In this document: in pieces, positions 17,170 through 26,118 of the stretch
Numbering within the stretch: the stretch's first letter is position 1
How the letters are laid out: every line of letters begins with the position of its first letter
NCBI GenBank assembly: GCA_965248835.1
Contig: CBDFLJ010000001.1
Location: 1,504,001 to 1,568,000, forward strand
Direction of reading: 5' to 3'
Length of the DNA stretch: 64,000 nt
Origin: Alphaproteobacteria bacterium
GTDB lineage: Bacteria; Pseudomonadota; Alphaproteobacteria; MPNO01
Program-made: the position numbers and the translations under genes
The notes under the pieces: generated by a model
The model's input: the letters and a program-made list of their open reading frames with translations, nothing else
What the model was told of the DNA's origin: nothing
The model's database searches: none

Positions 17170-19218
17170 CTACCCCGCCCCGCAGGTGATGCGGATCTCG
17201 TGGAACGGACCGATCTCGAAGCTGTCGCCGGGCCAGACCGCGGTGGTCGCGCCGTATTCCTCGATGATCGCCGGTCCGGCGCCGCGGAAGCCGGAGGCCA
17301 GATCGTAGCGGTCGAAGATCGCGGTCTCGACCCACCCGGCCTCGCGCGAGAACAGAACCGGGCGGGTGCGCCGGCCGCCGCCGCCCGCGGCGCGATGGAG
17401 CCCGGCGAGCTGCGGCCGTCGCAGCCGCGCGAAGGCCGAAAGGTGAAGCGCCTGGATCTCTGCGGCGGCACGCCGGTCGGCATGGCCGTAGCGGCGCTCA
17501 TAATCACGGTCGAAGGTCGCGCGGATGGCGTCCGGCCCGTCGAGCCCGGGCAGCGGCACCTTGATGTTGTGGCGCTGGCCGCGATATCGCATCTCGGCCG
17601 CGCGCTCGAAATAGATTTCCGTCACGCCGACCTCCTCGCGCAGGACCATCCCGGCGTCGCGCTCCATCTGTTCGAACAGCCCGGCCATCCCCGCGACCGT
17701 CGTGTGTTCGAGCGCGCCGGTGAAGGTCCGCGCGATGTCCATGCGCGCATCGGCCAGCATCATGCCGGTGGCCGAGAAATTTCCGGGCTCCGGCGGGATG
17801 ATCACCGTCGGGATCGACAATTCGCGGGCAAGGGCTGCGGCATGCAGCGGCCCGGCGCCGCCGTAGCTGAACAGGACGAAGTCACGCGGGTCGCGGCCGT
17901 GCTCGACGGTCTGGCGGCGTATGGCGCCGGCCATCACCACGGTCGCGATCGAAAGGATGCCCTCGGCAAGCGCGACCGCGCCGTCTTCGCCGGCAAAGCC
18001 CAGCCGGCCGGCGATGCCTTCCAGAAGCGCGGCTCGGGCGGCCTCGGCATCGAGCAGCAGCTCGCCGCCGAGGAACCGGTCCGGCGCCAGGCGGCCCAAC
18101 AACAGGTTGGCATCGGTTACCGTCGGCTCGGTGCCGCCGCCGCCGTAGCAGACCGGGCCCGGGTTGGAGCCGGCCGAGCGCGGGCCGACATGCAGCCGCG
18201 CCTGGTCGTCGAGCCAGGCGATCGAGCCGCCGCCCGAGCCCACCTCGATGATGTCGATCACCGGTGCCTTGATCGGGAAGCCTTGAACGTATCCGCCGGC
18301 GTAATAGGTCGAGTTCACCGCGTAGCGGCCGGCCTCGACGAGGGCGCACTTGGCCGTCGTGCCCCCCATGTCGAACGCGATAACGTTGTCCAGGCCGAGC
18401 GAATCGGCGTAGGCGGCGGTGCCGATGCAGCCGCCGATCGGGCCCGACTCGACCAAGGCGATGGGCTCGCGGCGGGCGCGCTCGGCCGACAGCACGCCGC
18501 CGTTCGAGCCCATCATGAACAGCGGTCCGGAGAACCCGCCCCCGCGCAGCTCGTCCTCGAGCCGGCCCAGATAGCCCGAGACCTGAGGGCCGACATAGGC
18601 GTTGGCCGCCGCCGTCGCGGTGCGCTCGTATTCGTACCACTCCCGGCACAGCGCCGCGCCGGAGCAGACATAAATGTCCGGCAGAAGCCCGCGCAGCACG
18701 GCGACCGCGCGCTCCTCGTGGACCGGGTTGGCGTAGGCATTGAGGAACGAGACCGCGACCGCCTCGACGTCCTGTCGGGCCATCGCCTCGGCGGTTGCGG
18801 CGAGCTCGTCCTCGGCCAACGGTAAGACGATCTCGCCTCCGGTCCCGATGCGCTCGGTGACCTCGAAACGCCTGTCGCGCGGAATCAGAGGCGCATCGCG
18901 CCGATAGTAGAGGTCGAACGGGTCCGGCCGGTTGCCGCGCGCGATCTCCAGCACGTCGCGGAAGCCCCGCGTGGTGACCAGCGCGGCGCGGCTTCCCCGG
19001 CGCTGGATGAGCGCATTGATGACCAGTGTGGTGCCGTGGTTGACCAGGCTCGCCTCCGCCGATGCGATGCCGGCCTTGGCGAGGCAGGCGAGGATGCCGT
19101 CGACGAAATTCCCGTAGGTCGTCGCGCTCTTGGCGTAGAGCACGTTCGCGGTCTCGCGGTCGAGGGCGACCAGATCGGTGAACGTCCCTCCGATGTCGAT
19201 GGCGAGCGCATAGCGCAT
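17170..19218 (-). CDS. Hydantoinase A/oxoprolinase family ATP-binding subunit
   Basis: IDIGGTFTD, HGTT, ESGP, DMGGTT, SAGSNPGP and GGAGPLH. Start at MRYAL. Confidence 0.92.
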   Translation of the reverse strand: MRYALAIDIGGTFTDLVALDRETANVLYAKSATTYGNFVDGILACLAKAGIASAEASLVNHGTTLVINALIQRRGSRAALVTTRGFRDVLEIARGNRPDPFDLYYRRDAPLIPRDRRFEVTERIGTGGEIVLPLAEDELAATAEAMARQDVEAVAVSFLNAYANPVHEERAVAVLRGLLPDIYVCSGAALCREWYEYERTATAAANAYVGPQVSGYLGRLEDELRGGGFSGPLFMMGSNGGVLSAERARREPIALVESGPIGGCIGTAAYADSLGLDNVIAFDMGGTTAKCALVEAGRYAVNSTYYAGGYVQGFPIKAPVIDIIEVGSGGGSIAWLDDQARLHVGPRSAGSNPGPVCYGGGGTEPTVTDANLLLGRLAPDRFLGGELLLDAEAARAALLEGIAGRLGFAGEDGAVALAEGILSIATVVMAGAIRRQTVEHGRDPRDFVLFSYGGAGPLHAAALARELSIPTVIIPPEPGNFSATGMMLADARMDIARTFTGALEHTTVAGMAGLFEQMERDAGMVLREEVGVTEIYFERAAEMRYRGQRHNIKVPLPGLDGPDAIRATFDRDYERRYGHADRRAAAEIQALHLSAFARLRRPQLAGLHRAAGGGGRRTRPVLFSREAGWVETAIFDRYDLASGFRGAGPAIIEEYGATTAVWPGDSFEIGPFHEIRITCGAG

Positions 19219-19333
19219 CCGGCGAATTCCAGTCTCCGTACTGCCGGGCGATGTTAGTGGACGCGTGCAGGGCGTTCTAGCGCCGCGCTGCGGCCCGCCG
19301 TTATGATCGAGTCCGGCACGGTGCGCAGGAGCT

Positions 19334-21115
19334 ATGGGACGGCCGATGGCAAACGGGAAGCATGCAACGGGCCGGTTGACCGATCCGGTGGTTACCGAAC
19401 TGGTCCGCAACGGGGTCATGGCGGTGACCGAGGAGATGAAGACCAATCTCACGCGCACCGCCTACAACATGATCATCTACGAGGCGCTCGACTTCACCGT
19501 CGGGCTGTTCACCGCAGACGGCGAGACCGTCTCGATCGGGCTCGGCCTGCCGATGTTCATCCGCGGCATGGCCGCGACCTTGAAGGCCAAGCTGGAGCAT
19601 TTCGGACCCGACGGAATCGAGCCCGGCGACATCCTGGTCACCAACGATGCCTACATCACCGGAAGCCATCTCAACCACGTCACCCTGAGCCAGCCGATCT
19701 TCCACGGCGGCAAGCTGGTCGCGTTCGCCTGCTGCATGGCGCATTGGCTGGATATCGGCGGGGTGCTCGGCGGGATTACCACCGACATCTATTCGGAGGG
19801 GCTGCAGATCCCGGTCCTGAAGCTTCAGAAGGCCGGCAGGATCAACCAGGACCTCGTGGACGTGATCAAGATGAACGTCCACATCCCCGACCGGGCGATG
19901 GGCGATCTGCGGGCACAGCTCACCGCGGTGAAGACCGGCGAGCGGCGCTTCACCGAGCTGCTCGACCGCTACGGTTGCGACGAGGTCCTGGCGGCGATCG
20001 CCGACATCATGGACCATTCCGAGCAGGCGGCGCGGGCGCGCACCGCCTCGATCCCCGACGGCGTCTACGAGGCCGAATCCTTCATGGACGATGACGGCAT
20101 CGACATCGGCAAGCCCATCCCGATCCGGGTCCGGGTGAGCGTCCAGGGCGAGGCGATGACCGTCGACCTGTCGGAGATTTCCGCGCAGGTGCGCGGCTTC
20201 TATAACTCCGGCATCACCACCGGGCATGCCTGCGCGCAGGTCGCCTACAAGTGCATCACCTCGCCCACCGACTACCCGATCAACGACGGCAGCCTGCGCC
20301 CGCTGAAGGTGGTCGTCCCGCCGGGCCGGGTGGTCAGCGCGACCAAGCCGGCGCCCATGCGGGTCTGGATGACGATCCCCATGACGGTCATCGACACCGT
20401 CTTCAAGGCGCTTGCACCGGCGATCCCCGACCGGGTGATCGCCGGCCATCACGCCGATCTCGGAGTCGCCGGCTTCCACGGCATCGCGCCGAAGGAACGG
20501 CGCCTGTTCATCGGCTCGAGCGGGCCGCTCGGCGGCGGCTGGGGGGCCAAGCACAACCAGGACGGCGTCTCCGCCACCGTCTGTCTGAACGACGGCGATA
20601 CCCACAACACGCCGGTCGAGCTGACCGAGAACCGCTACCCGATGATGATCGACCGCCACGGCCTGGTCCCCGATTCCTGCGGCGCCGGACGCCAGCGTGG
20701 CGGGCTCGGCATCGAGTACGCGGTCACCGCCCTGTCGCCGTTCAACCTGACGACCCGCACCGAGCGCGCGCATTGCAGGCCCTGGGGTCTGCATGGCGGG
20801 CTCGAAGCCTCGGGCAACGACGTCGCGCTGCGGCTCGACGGGGCGTGGAAGGACGATCTCGCCAACGCCAAGGTGCTGGCGGTGAACCTGCAGGAGGGCG
20901 ACGGCTATCGCCTGCGCTCGGGCGGCGGCGGCGGGTTCGGCGCGCCGCACGACCGGCCGGCCGAGGCGGTGCTGGAGGACGTCCGGCAAGGCTATGTCTC
21001 GCTCGCCGCCGCAGGCGAGCTCTACGGCGTGGTCATCGATCCGGCACGGATGGAGGTCGACGCCGCTGCGACCGAGCGCGCCCGGGCGGTCCCCGGCACG
21101 CCGCCCGACCGCTAG
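19334..21115 (+). CDS. Hydantoinase B/oxoprolinase family subunit with no co-oriented A partner
   Basis: DPVVTELVRN, RTAYNMIIYE, HWLDIGG, DSCGAGRQRGG and GGGGFG. Start 19334 or 19346. Confidence 0.92.
   Translation: MGRPMANGKHATGRLTDPVVTELVRNGVMAVTEEMKTNLTRTAYNMIIYEALDFTVGLFTADGETVSIGLGLPMFIRGMAATLKAKLEHFGPDGIEPGDILVTNDAYITGSHLNHVTLSQPIFHGGKLVAFACCMAHWLDIGGVLGGITTDIYSEGLQIPVLKLQKAGRINQDLVDVIKMNVHIPDRAMGDLRAQLTAVKTGERRFTELLDRYGCDEVLAAIADIMDHSEQAARARTASIPDGVYEAESFMDDDGIDIGKPIPIRVRVSVQGEAMTVDLSEISAQVRGFYNSGITTGHACAQVAYKCITSPTDYPINDGSLRPLKVVVPPGRVVSATKPAPMRVWMTIPMTVIDTVFKALAPAIPDRVIAGHHADLGVAGFHGIAPKERRLFIGSSGPLGGGWGAKHNQDGVSATVCLNDGDTHNTPVELTENRYPMMIDRHGLVPDSCGAGRQRGGLGIEYAVTALSPFNLTTRTERAHCRPWGLHGGLEASGNDVALRLDGAWKDDLANAKVLAVNLQEGDGYRLRSGGGGGFGAPHDRPAEAVLEDVRQGYVSLAAAGELYGVVIDPARMEVDAAATERARAVPGTPPDR
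19529..19574. repeat. 46-bp exact match, inverted, to 45270-45315 inside paralogous hydantoinase B genes
   Basis: GTCTCGATCGGGCTCGGCCTGCCGATGTTCATCCGCGGCATGGCCG is the reverse complement of 45270-45315. Confidence 0.8.
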
Positions 21116-23103
21116 CAATCGTCGCGGCGGAAGACGAAGTTGGTGTACTCGTCGACATCGAGCCGCCAGCCCGGCGCGACGGCATAGGACGTATCGGGTC
21201 CGTCGACCATCGCCGGTCCGCCGACCGACTGGCCCGGCAGCAGCGTTGCGCGCGCGTAGACCGGGGTGCGCAGCCGCCCCGCGGCGGCCCAACGTATGGG
21301 CCGCCTGCCCTGCGGCCGCGGCGCTTTGCGGGCCCGTGTCGTGGCCTTGACCGGGACCCAGTGCGAGACCTCGCACTCGGCCGACAGGCGGATGGCGTGG
21401 ATCCGGCCCCGCTCGCCCGCCGCCTCAGCGGCCTTGGAAACGGTCCCCGTCTTGCCGCGAACCGGCAGGGTGCGCAGTTTCTTGCCCACCGCGATATCGA
21501 CCTCGGCGATGGACTTGATCTCGCTCGCGGCGAAACCCTCGCTGCGCATGTCGGCCTCGGCCTGTTCGCGAAACGCGGCGAGGACCGCGTCGGCCTCGGC
21601 GATGCGGCTGGCCGCGATGCCGAGCGTCCGCGCATAGGCGTGGCGCACGTTGGTCGTGCTCGAGCCGAAGGCGCTGAACACCGAGCCGTAGGGAAAGGCG
21701 TAGACCTTGTCGACGCCGAGCTGGTCGGCCACCGCGCAGGCGTGCAGCGGCCCGCTGCCGCCGAACGAGAACAGCGTGAACCCCGCCGGGTCGCGGCCTG
21801 CCGCCTCCAGCCGGGTGCGGATCTCGTTGGCCATCTGGCGGTCGACCGCCTCGCGGACGGCAAGCGCCGCGTCCTCGCTGCCGATGCCCAGCGGGCGCGC
21901 GATGCGCCGGTCCATGGCGCGCTCGGCCAGCGCGGTCTCCAACCGCATGCGCCCGCCGAGGAAGCCCTCCGGATCGATATAGCCGAGCAGCAGGTTCGCG
22001 TCGGTCACGGTCGGCTCCATGCCGCCCTTGGCATAGCACGCCGGCCCGGGCGCCGCGCCGGCGCTTTCCGGCCCGACCCGCAACCGGCTGCCGGTGACCG
22101 TGGCGATGCTGCCGCCCCCGGCACCCAGGGATTCGACCTCGATCATCGGGGTGGCCAGCGGAATCCCCTCGATCCTCGGCGCCGTGCTGAGTGAGGCAGC
22201 CGCGTTCTCGATTACCGCGATGTCGAGGCTGGTGCCGCCCATGTCGGTGGTCACCACCCGGTCGAGCTTGAGCCGGCCGGCGAGATAGGCCGCACCGCGC
22301 GTGGCCACCGCCGGACCGGAATGCAGCGTGTTCAGAGCCACCGTCTTCGCGACCCGCGCATTGCCCCCGCTCGCGTGCACGACCAGCAGCGGGCGGTCGT
22401 AGCCGGCTTCGCGCAGCTTGTCCTCGGCACGGTAGAGCGTGCGCGCCATCGTCGCGTGGATATAGGCGTTCAGCACCAGCGAATTGGTCCGGCCGTGGTC
22501 GTCGGCGACGTGGATCACCTCGGTGCCGATCTGCAGCGGGACCGAGCGCAGGTAATGGATCGGATAGCGCTCCCGGATCAGGTCGCGGGCCGCAATCTCG
22601 TTCGCGGCGTTGCGCCAGGCGTTGCGGAAGCTGATGCCGATCATTCGCACGCCCTCGGCGAGGAGGTGCCGGACGGCTTCGCGCAGCCGGTCGGCATCGA
22701 CCGGCTTGCGCAGGCGGCCGCGGTCGTCGACCGTCTCCTCGACCCCCACCACCAGGTCGGCGGCGACAAACCGGTCGAGGATCCCGGCCCTCGGGGCCTT
22801 GCCGTAGAGCGTGGACTCGCAGCCCGCGGTGACGATCAGCCCGAGCCGCGGCCCGGCGCGCTGGACCAGGAGGTTGGTGCCCACCGTGGTCGAGACCCGC
22901 GCGACATCGGTGCGCCGCAGGAAGGATTCGAGGTCCATCGCGAAGGCCCGGCTGCCCGCCTCGACGCAGCTCATGAAGCATTCGGTGATGTCGTGCGGCG
23001 TGGTCAGGACTTTTTCGGTCTTGACCCGGGTTCCATCGCAGAAGAACCCGTCGGTGAACGTTCCCCCGATATCGATATCGATGCTGTACACTCCGGACCT
23101 CAC
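21112..23103 (-). CDS. apcA: Acetophenone carboxylase ApcA-like subunit (hydantoinase A family)
   Basis: YSIDIDIGGTFTD, TTPHD, ESTLYG, YPIHYLRSVPL, LYRAEDKLR and ARVAKT match my recollection of ApcA. True start may be GTG 23091. Confidence 0.72.
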   Translation of the reverse strand: MRSGVYSIDIDIGGTFTDGFFCDGTRVKTEKVLTTPHDITECFMSCVEAGSRAFAMDLESFLRRTDVARVSTTVGTNLLVQRAGPRLGLIVTAGCESTLYGKAPRAGILDRFVAADLVVGVEETVDDRGRLRKPVDADRLREAVRHLLAEGVRMIGISFRNAWRNAANEIAARDLIRERYPIHYLRSVPLQIGTEVIHVADDHGRTNSLVLNAYIHATMARTLYRAEDKLREAGYDRPLLVVHASGGNARVAKTVALNTLHSGPAVATRGAAYLAGRLKLDRVVTTDMGGTSLDIAVIENAAASLSTAPRIEGIPLATPMIEVESLGAGGGSIATVTGSRLRVGPESAGAAPGPACYAKGGMEPTVTDANLLLGYIDPEGFLGGRMRLETALAERAMDRRIARPLGIGSEDAALAVREAVDRQMANEIRTRLEAAGRDPAGFTLFSFGGSGPLHACAVADQLGVDKVYAFPYGSVFSAFGSSTTNVRHAYARTLGIAASRIAEADAVLAAFREQAEADMRSEGFAASEIKSIAEVDIAVGKKLRTLPVRGKTGTVSKAAEAAGERGRIHAIRLSAECEVSHWVPVKATTRARKAPRPQGRRPIRWAAAGRLRTPVYARATLLPGQSVGGPAMVDGPDTSYAVAPGWRLDVDEYTNFVFRRDDC

Positions 23104-23106
23104 CCC

Positions 23107-23976
23107 TTATCCGACGACAATGTTGCGCACGCGCAGGATGGTCTCCGCCGCGGTCTCCGCCGGGATCTCCCACGCCGAAAGGAACAGCCGCACCGTATCG
23201 GGCAGCCCGCGTTTCCAATCCGCGCCGAAATCGCCGTCTGCGGCAAACGCCCCGAGCGGAATGGCCGCGACCAACCCGTCGGCATCGCCCGGACCGACCG
23301 CCCAGCGCGCACCGGCGCCGCGCGCGGCTTCGCCGGCCTGCGCGGACAGCGCGGTGCGCGAAAGATAGAGCACCGGGACCTGGTAGTAGGCCGCCAGATT
23401 GAAAGCCGCATCGAATTGGCCGAATAGCGCCGGTTCGGGCGGCTCGTCTTCCAAGAGCATGATCGCCGCCACGCCGGCGCCGCACAGCAGGTCGACCATT
23501 TTCGACGAAAGCTGGGCGGCTGCCGCAACCGGCGCGTGTCCGCGCGCGGTGCCGTAGAGCCGTTTCAGCAGCGTCGCCGGCGCGGTCATCGTGCCGACCA
23601 CCGAGACGCCGTCGGCCATCTCTTCGCGCGCCCGCCTGGTCAGCGCCGCGGTCACCGCCACGGGCGTTGCATCGATGACCGCTGCCGGATCGACCGGCGC
23701 GGTGAGCGGGTCGGCAGGCCGGCTCACGCTCCCGTCCCCGGCCCGCGCCAGCGTTCGGCCGGCGGCCTCGGCCTCGGCCCATGTATCGAAGGCCACAGCG
23801 ATCGCATCGGCCTGCAGCACCTCTTGCGCCGAACGCAGGCTGAAGCTCGCCAGGGCCGGATCGGCCATGAACGCGGCATGGTCGAGCTGCTCCAGCCGCA
23901 AGACGACGCCGAGCCCCAGCGGGGCGAATAGCGGCGTCGGGGCACCCTCGAGTCGGCGGTCGAGCGGCGTTGCCAT
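23107..23976 (-). CDS. apcE: Acetophenone carboxylase ApcE-like subunit (UROD/MtaA-like fold)
   Basis: 289 aa. PLFAPL...LEQL...FMADP, AEAEAAG, MTAPATLL, LCGAGV and NLAAYYQVP. TGATG overlap with apcD-like. Size and position fit ApcE. Confidence 0.62.
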   Translation of the reverse strand: MATPLDRRLEGAPTPLFAPLGLGVVLRLEQLDHAAFMADPALASFSLRSAQEVLQADAIAVAFDTWAEAEAAGRTLARAGDGSVSRPADPLTAPVDPAAVIDATPVAVTAALTRRAREEMADGVSVVGTMTAPATLLKRLYGTARGHAPVAAAAQLSSKMVDLLCGAGVAAIMLLEDEPPEPALFGQFDAAFNLAAYYQVPVLYLSRTALSAQAGEAARGAGARWAVGPGDADGLVAAIPLGAFAADGDFGADWKRGLPDTVRLFLSAWEIPAETAAETILRVRNIVVG

Positions 23977-26111
23977 CAGCGATAAAGACCCCAGAACGGC
24001 TGGTCGTAGGCCGCAAGACGGGGCTCGGGCCAGCTTCCGTATTTCTCGATCACCGTCTCGGGCGGCCGCTTTCCGGACCAGCTCCGGGTGAAGGCCTCGA
24101 ACGTCCTGCCCTTGGCAAGGCGCTCGGTGCGGATGGCGTTTCGTCTCCGCTCGGTGGCCGCGTGGTCGATTCCGCCCTGCCGGTCGAGGACGACGCCGTA
24201 GATCTTGACGGCCACCTCGGTGGTGATCAGCCCTTCGTCGAGGTCGCGCCGTACCGCGGCCGGGTCCCGCTCGAGCACGTCGCCGTAGCCGCCGCCCGCG
24301 CCGACGCTGTGGACCACCAGGTCGGTCTCGCCGAACCCCTCGGCGTCCTTGGACGAGGAGGTGACCACATAGGTGCCGCCGATGCGGCTCTCGGCAAGCA
24401 GCGCATATTGTCCGAGCTCGACGTCCTCGCCGGCCTGCACGCGGCGCATCAGGTCTGCGTCGCGGATCACCAGCCGCGGGTTGGGCGGGCCGGCATAGCC
24501 GCCGAACAGGCCGAAGTTGAAGCTCAGCTTGTCGCAGCTCCCCCAGGAGCTCATCTGACAGGCGGCCTCGCCGCAGCCCATCGCGACCTCGAGCAGCGGC
24601 GTGCCGCCGCGATACTTGCCGAATCCGTGGAAATTCTTGTCGAGCTTGCGCGACAGGATCAGATGGGGCAGCCGCTCGTCCTGCTCCTCGACCTCGCCGG
24701 CATCGGTCCACGGCCCCCAATAGAAACCCAGCGCATGCTCGCCGTCCATGTCCAAGCGCCCGCCGCCGCCGCCGGCATTGGCTGCCCCGCCGTAATTGAC
24801 GGCGAAATAGCCGCGCCGGTTGGTGCCGGCGAAGATCGGCAGTGAATAGTTGCGCGACTGCGGCGCCTGGACGGCCTCGCGGTGATCGCTGTCGAACAGC
24901 ATCTTGGCGCCGACCATGTACATGTTCTGGGTGGCGAACGAGCAGGTCTGGTTGGCGAGTCCGTGGGCGAGCTCGTCCGAGGAGTTCATCATCGAGGGGC
25001 CCTCGACATAGTAGCTCACCGGTTCGAGCAGCCCGGCATTGGCCGGCAACAGACCGCGGAAGAAGTAGGAGAACAGATAAACCGCGGTCGCGGCTCGGGT
25101 CAGGTGCCAGCTCGAATTGAACGGCCCTTCATCGTTCTCCGGCGAGACGCCCTGGAGGATGACCGCCAGGCTGTCGTCTTCCTTGACGACGGTCAGCGGC
25201 ACGCGGGTAAGCCCGAAGAAGGTACCGTGCTCGTCGTTGAACAGGATCGATCGGAACACGCCGTCGTTGATCTCGCGCAGACGCGCGCGGGCGCTTTGCT
25301 CGCCGCGCACCAGCACGCCGCGCATGCCGCCGACCACCGGCTCGACACCGCGGCGCTCGACCTCGCGCAGGAACCGGCGGCGGATCTGGAACAGCGTAGC
25401 CACCCGCGACTTGAGGTCCGCCTCGAAGACCAGCGGGTTGCGCACCGACCCGGCCATGTAGTCGAGCACGTCGCGCCGGATCTGGAAGTCGCGGCCGATG
25501 CGCACGGCCGGCATGTGGAAGCCTTCCTCGTAGCGCGACTTGGCGGTCGGTGCGAACCCGCCCGGGGTGATCGAGCCGGTATCGCCCTGGTGGCCGCCGA
25601 CCTCGGCCCAGGCGACCAGCCGGTCCTGCCAGAAGATCGGCATTGCGGTGAACATGTCGAGGTTGTGGATCCCGCCGGCGAGTTCCTCGTTGAAGAAAAA
25701 AATGTCGCCGTCGGCGAGCCCGACCGAGGGGTCGTCGCGGTAGTATTTCAGGATGTATTTGAGCTGGGCGTTGTTGAGCAGCGTATGGAAATAGATCCCG
25801 GTGCCGACGACGACCGGATCGCCCGATGCGGTGAAGATCCCGCAATTCATGTCGCCGGTGATAATTCCTTCCGAGATCGACAGCGACATATAGACGTCGC
25901 GCGCCTCCTCGACGATCGAGCTCAGCTTGTGGGTCAGGATCTCGACATCGATATCGGACAGCAGCGCCATGCCGGCCCGCTCGATTTCGGTGACCGGCTC
26001 CAGCCCCCGGCAGATCAACTCCGGATCGCAGCCCGGCCGCTTTGCATAGACGTCGCGGTCATAGATCAGGTCGTCGAAAAGCCGGACATGACGGTCGAAC
26101 AGGACGCCCAT
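23976..26111 (-). CDS. apcD: Acetophenone carboxylase ApcD-like subunit (hydantoinase B family, metal site)
   Basis: GTGIYFH, GGIHNLD, GGHQGDTGSITPGGF, RYEEG, GFGKYRGG, LFGGYAG, GGGYGDVLERDP and KYGSWP are characteristic of Apc/acetone carboxylase large subunits. Confidence 0.75.
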   Translation of the reverse strand: MGVLFDRHVRLFDDLIYDRDVYAKRPGCDPELICRGLEPVTEIERAGMALLSDIDVEILTHKLSSIVEEARDVYMSLSISEGIITGDMNCGIFTASGDPVVVGTGIYFHTLLNNAQLKYILKYYRDDPSVGLADGDIFFFNEELAGGIHNLDMFTAMPIFWQDRLVAWAEVGGHQGDTGSITPGGFAPTAKSRYEEGFHMPAVRIGRDFQIRRDVLDYMAGSVRNPLVFEADLKSRVATLFQIRRRFLREVERRGVEPVVGGMRGVLVRGEQSARARLREINDGVFRSILFNDEHGTFFGLTRVPLTVVKEDDSLAVILQGVSPENDEGPFNSSWHLTRAATAVYLFSYFFRGLLPANAGLLEPVSYYVEGPSMMNSSDELAHGLANQTCSFATQNMYMVGAKMLFDSDHREAVQAPQSRNYSLPIFAGTNRRGYFAVNYGGAANAGGGGGRLDMDGEHALGFYWGPWTDAGEVEEQDERLPHLILSRKLDKNFHGFGKYRGGTPLLEVAMGCGEAACQMSSWGSCDKLSFNFGLFGGYAGPPNPRLVIRDADLMRRVQAGEDVELGQYALLAESRIGGTYVVTSSSKDAEGFGETDLVVHSVGAGGGYGDVLERDPAAVRRDLDEGLITTEVAVKIYGVVLDRQGGIDHAATERRRNAIRTERLAKGRTFEAFTRSWSGKRPPETVIEKYGSWPEPRLAAYDQPFWGLYR

Positions 26112-26118
26112 GCCGTCC

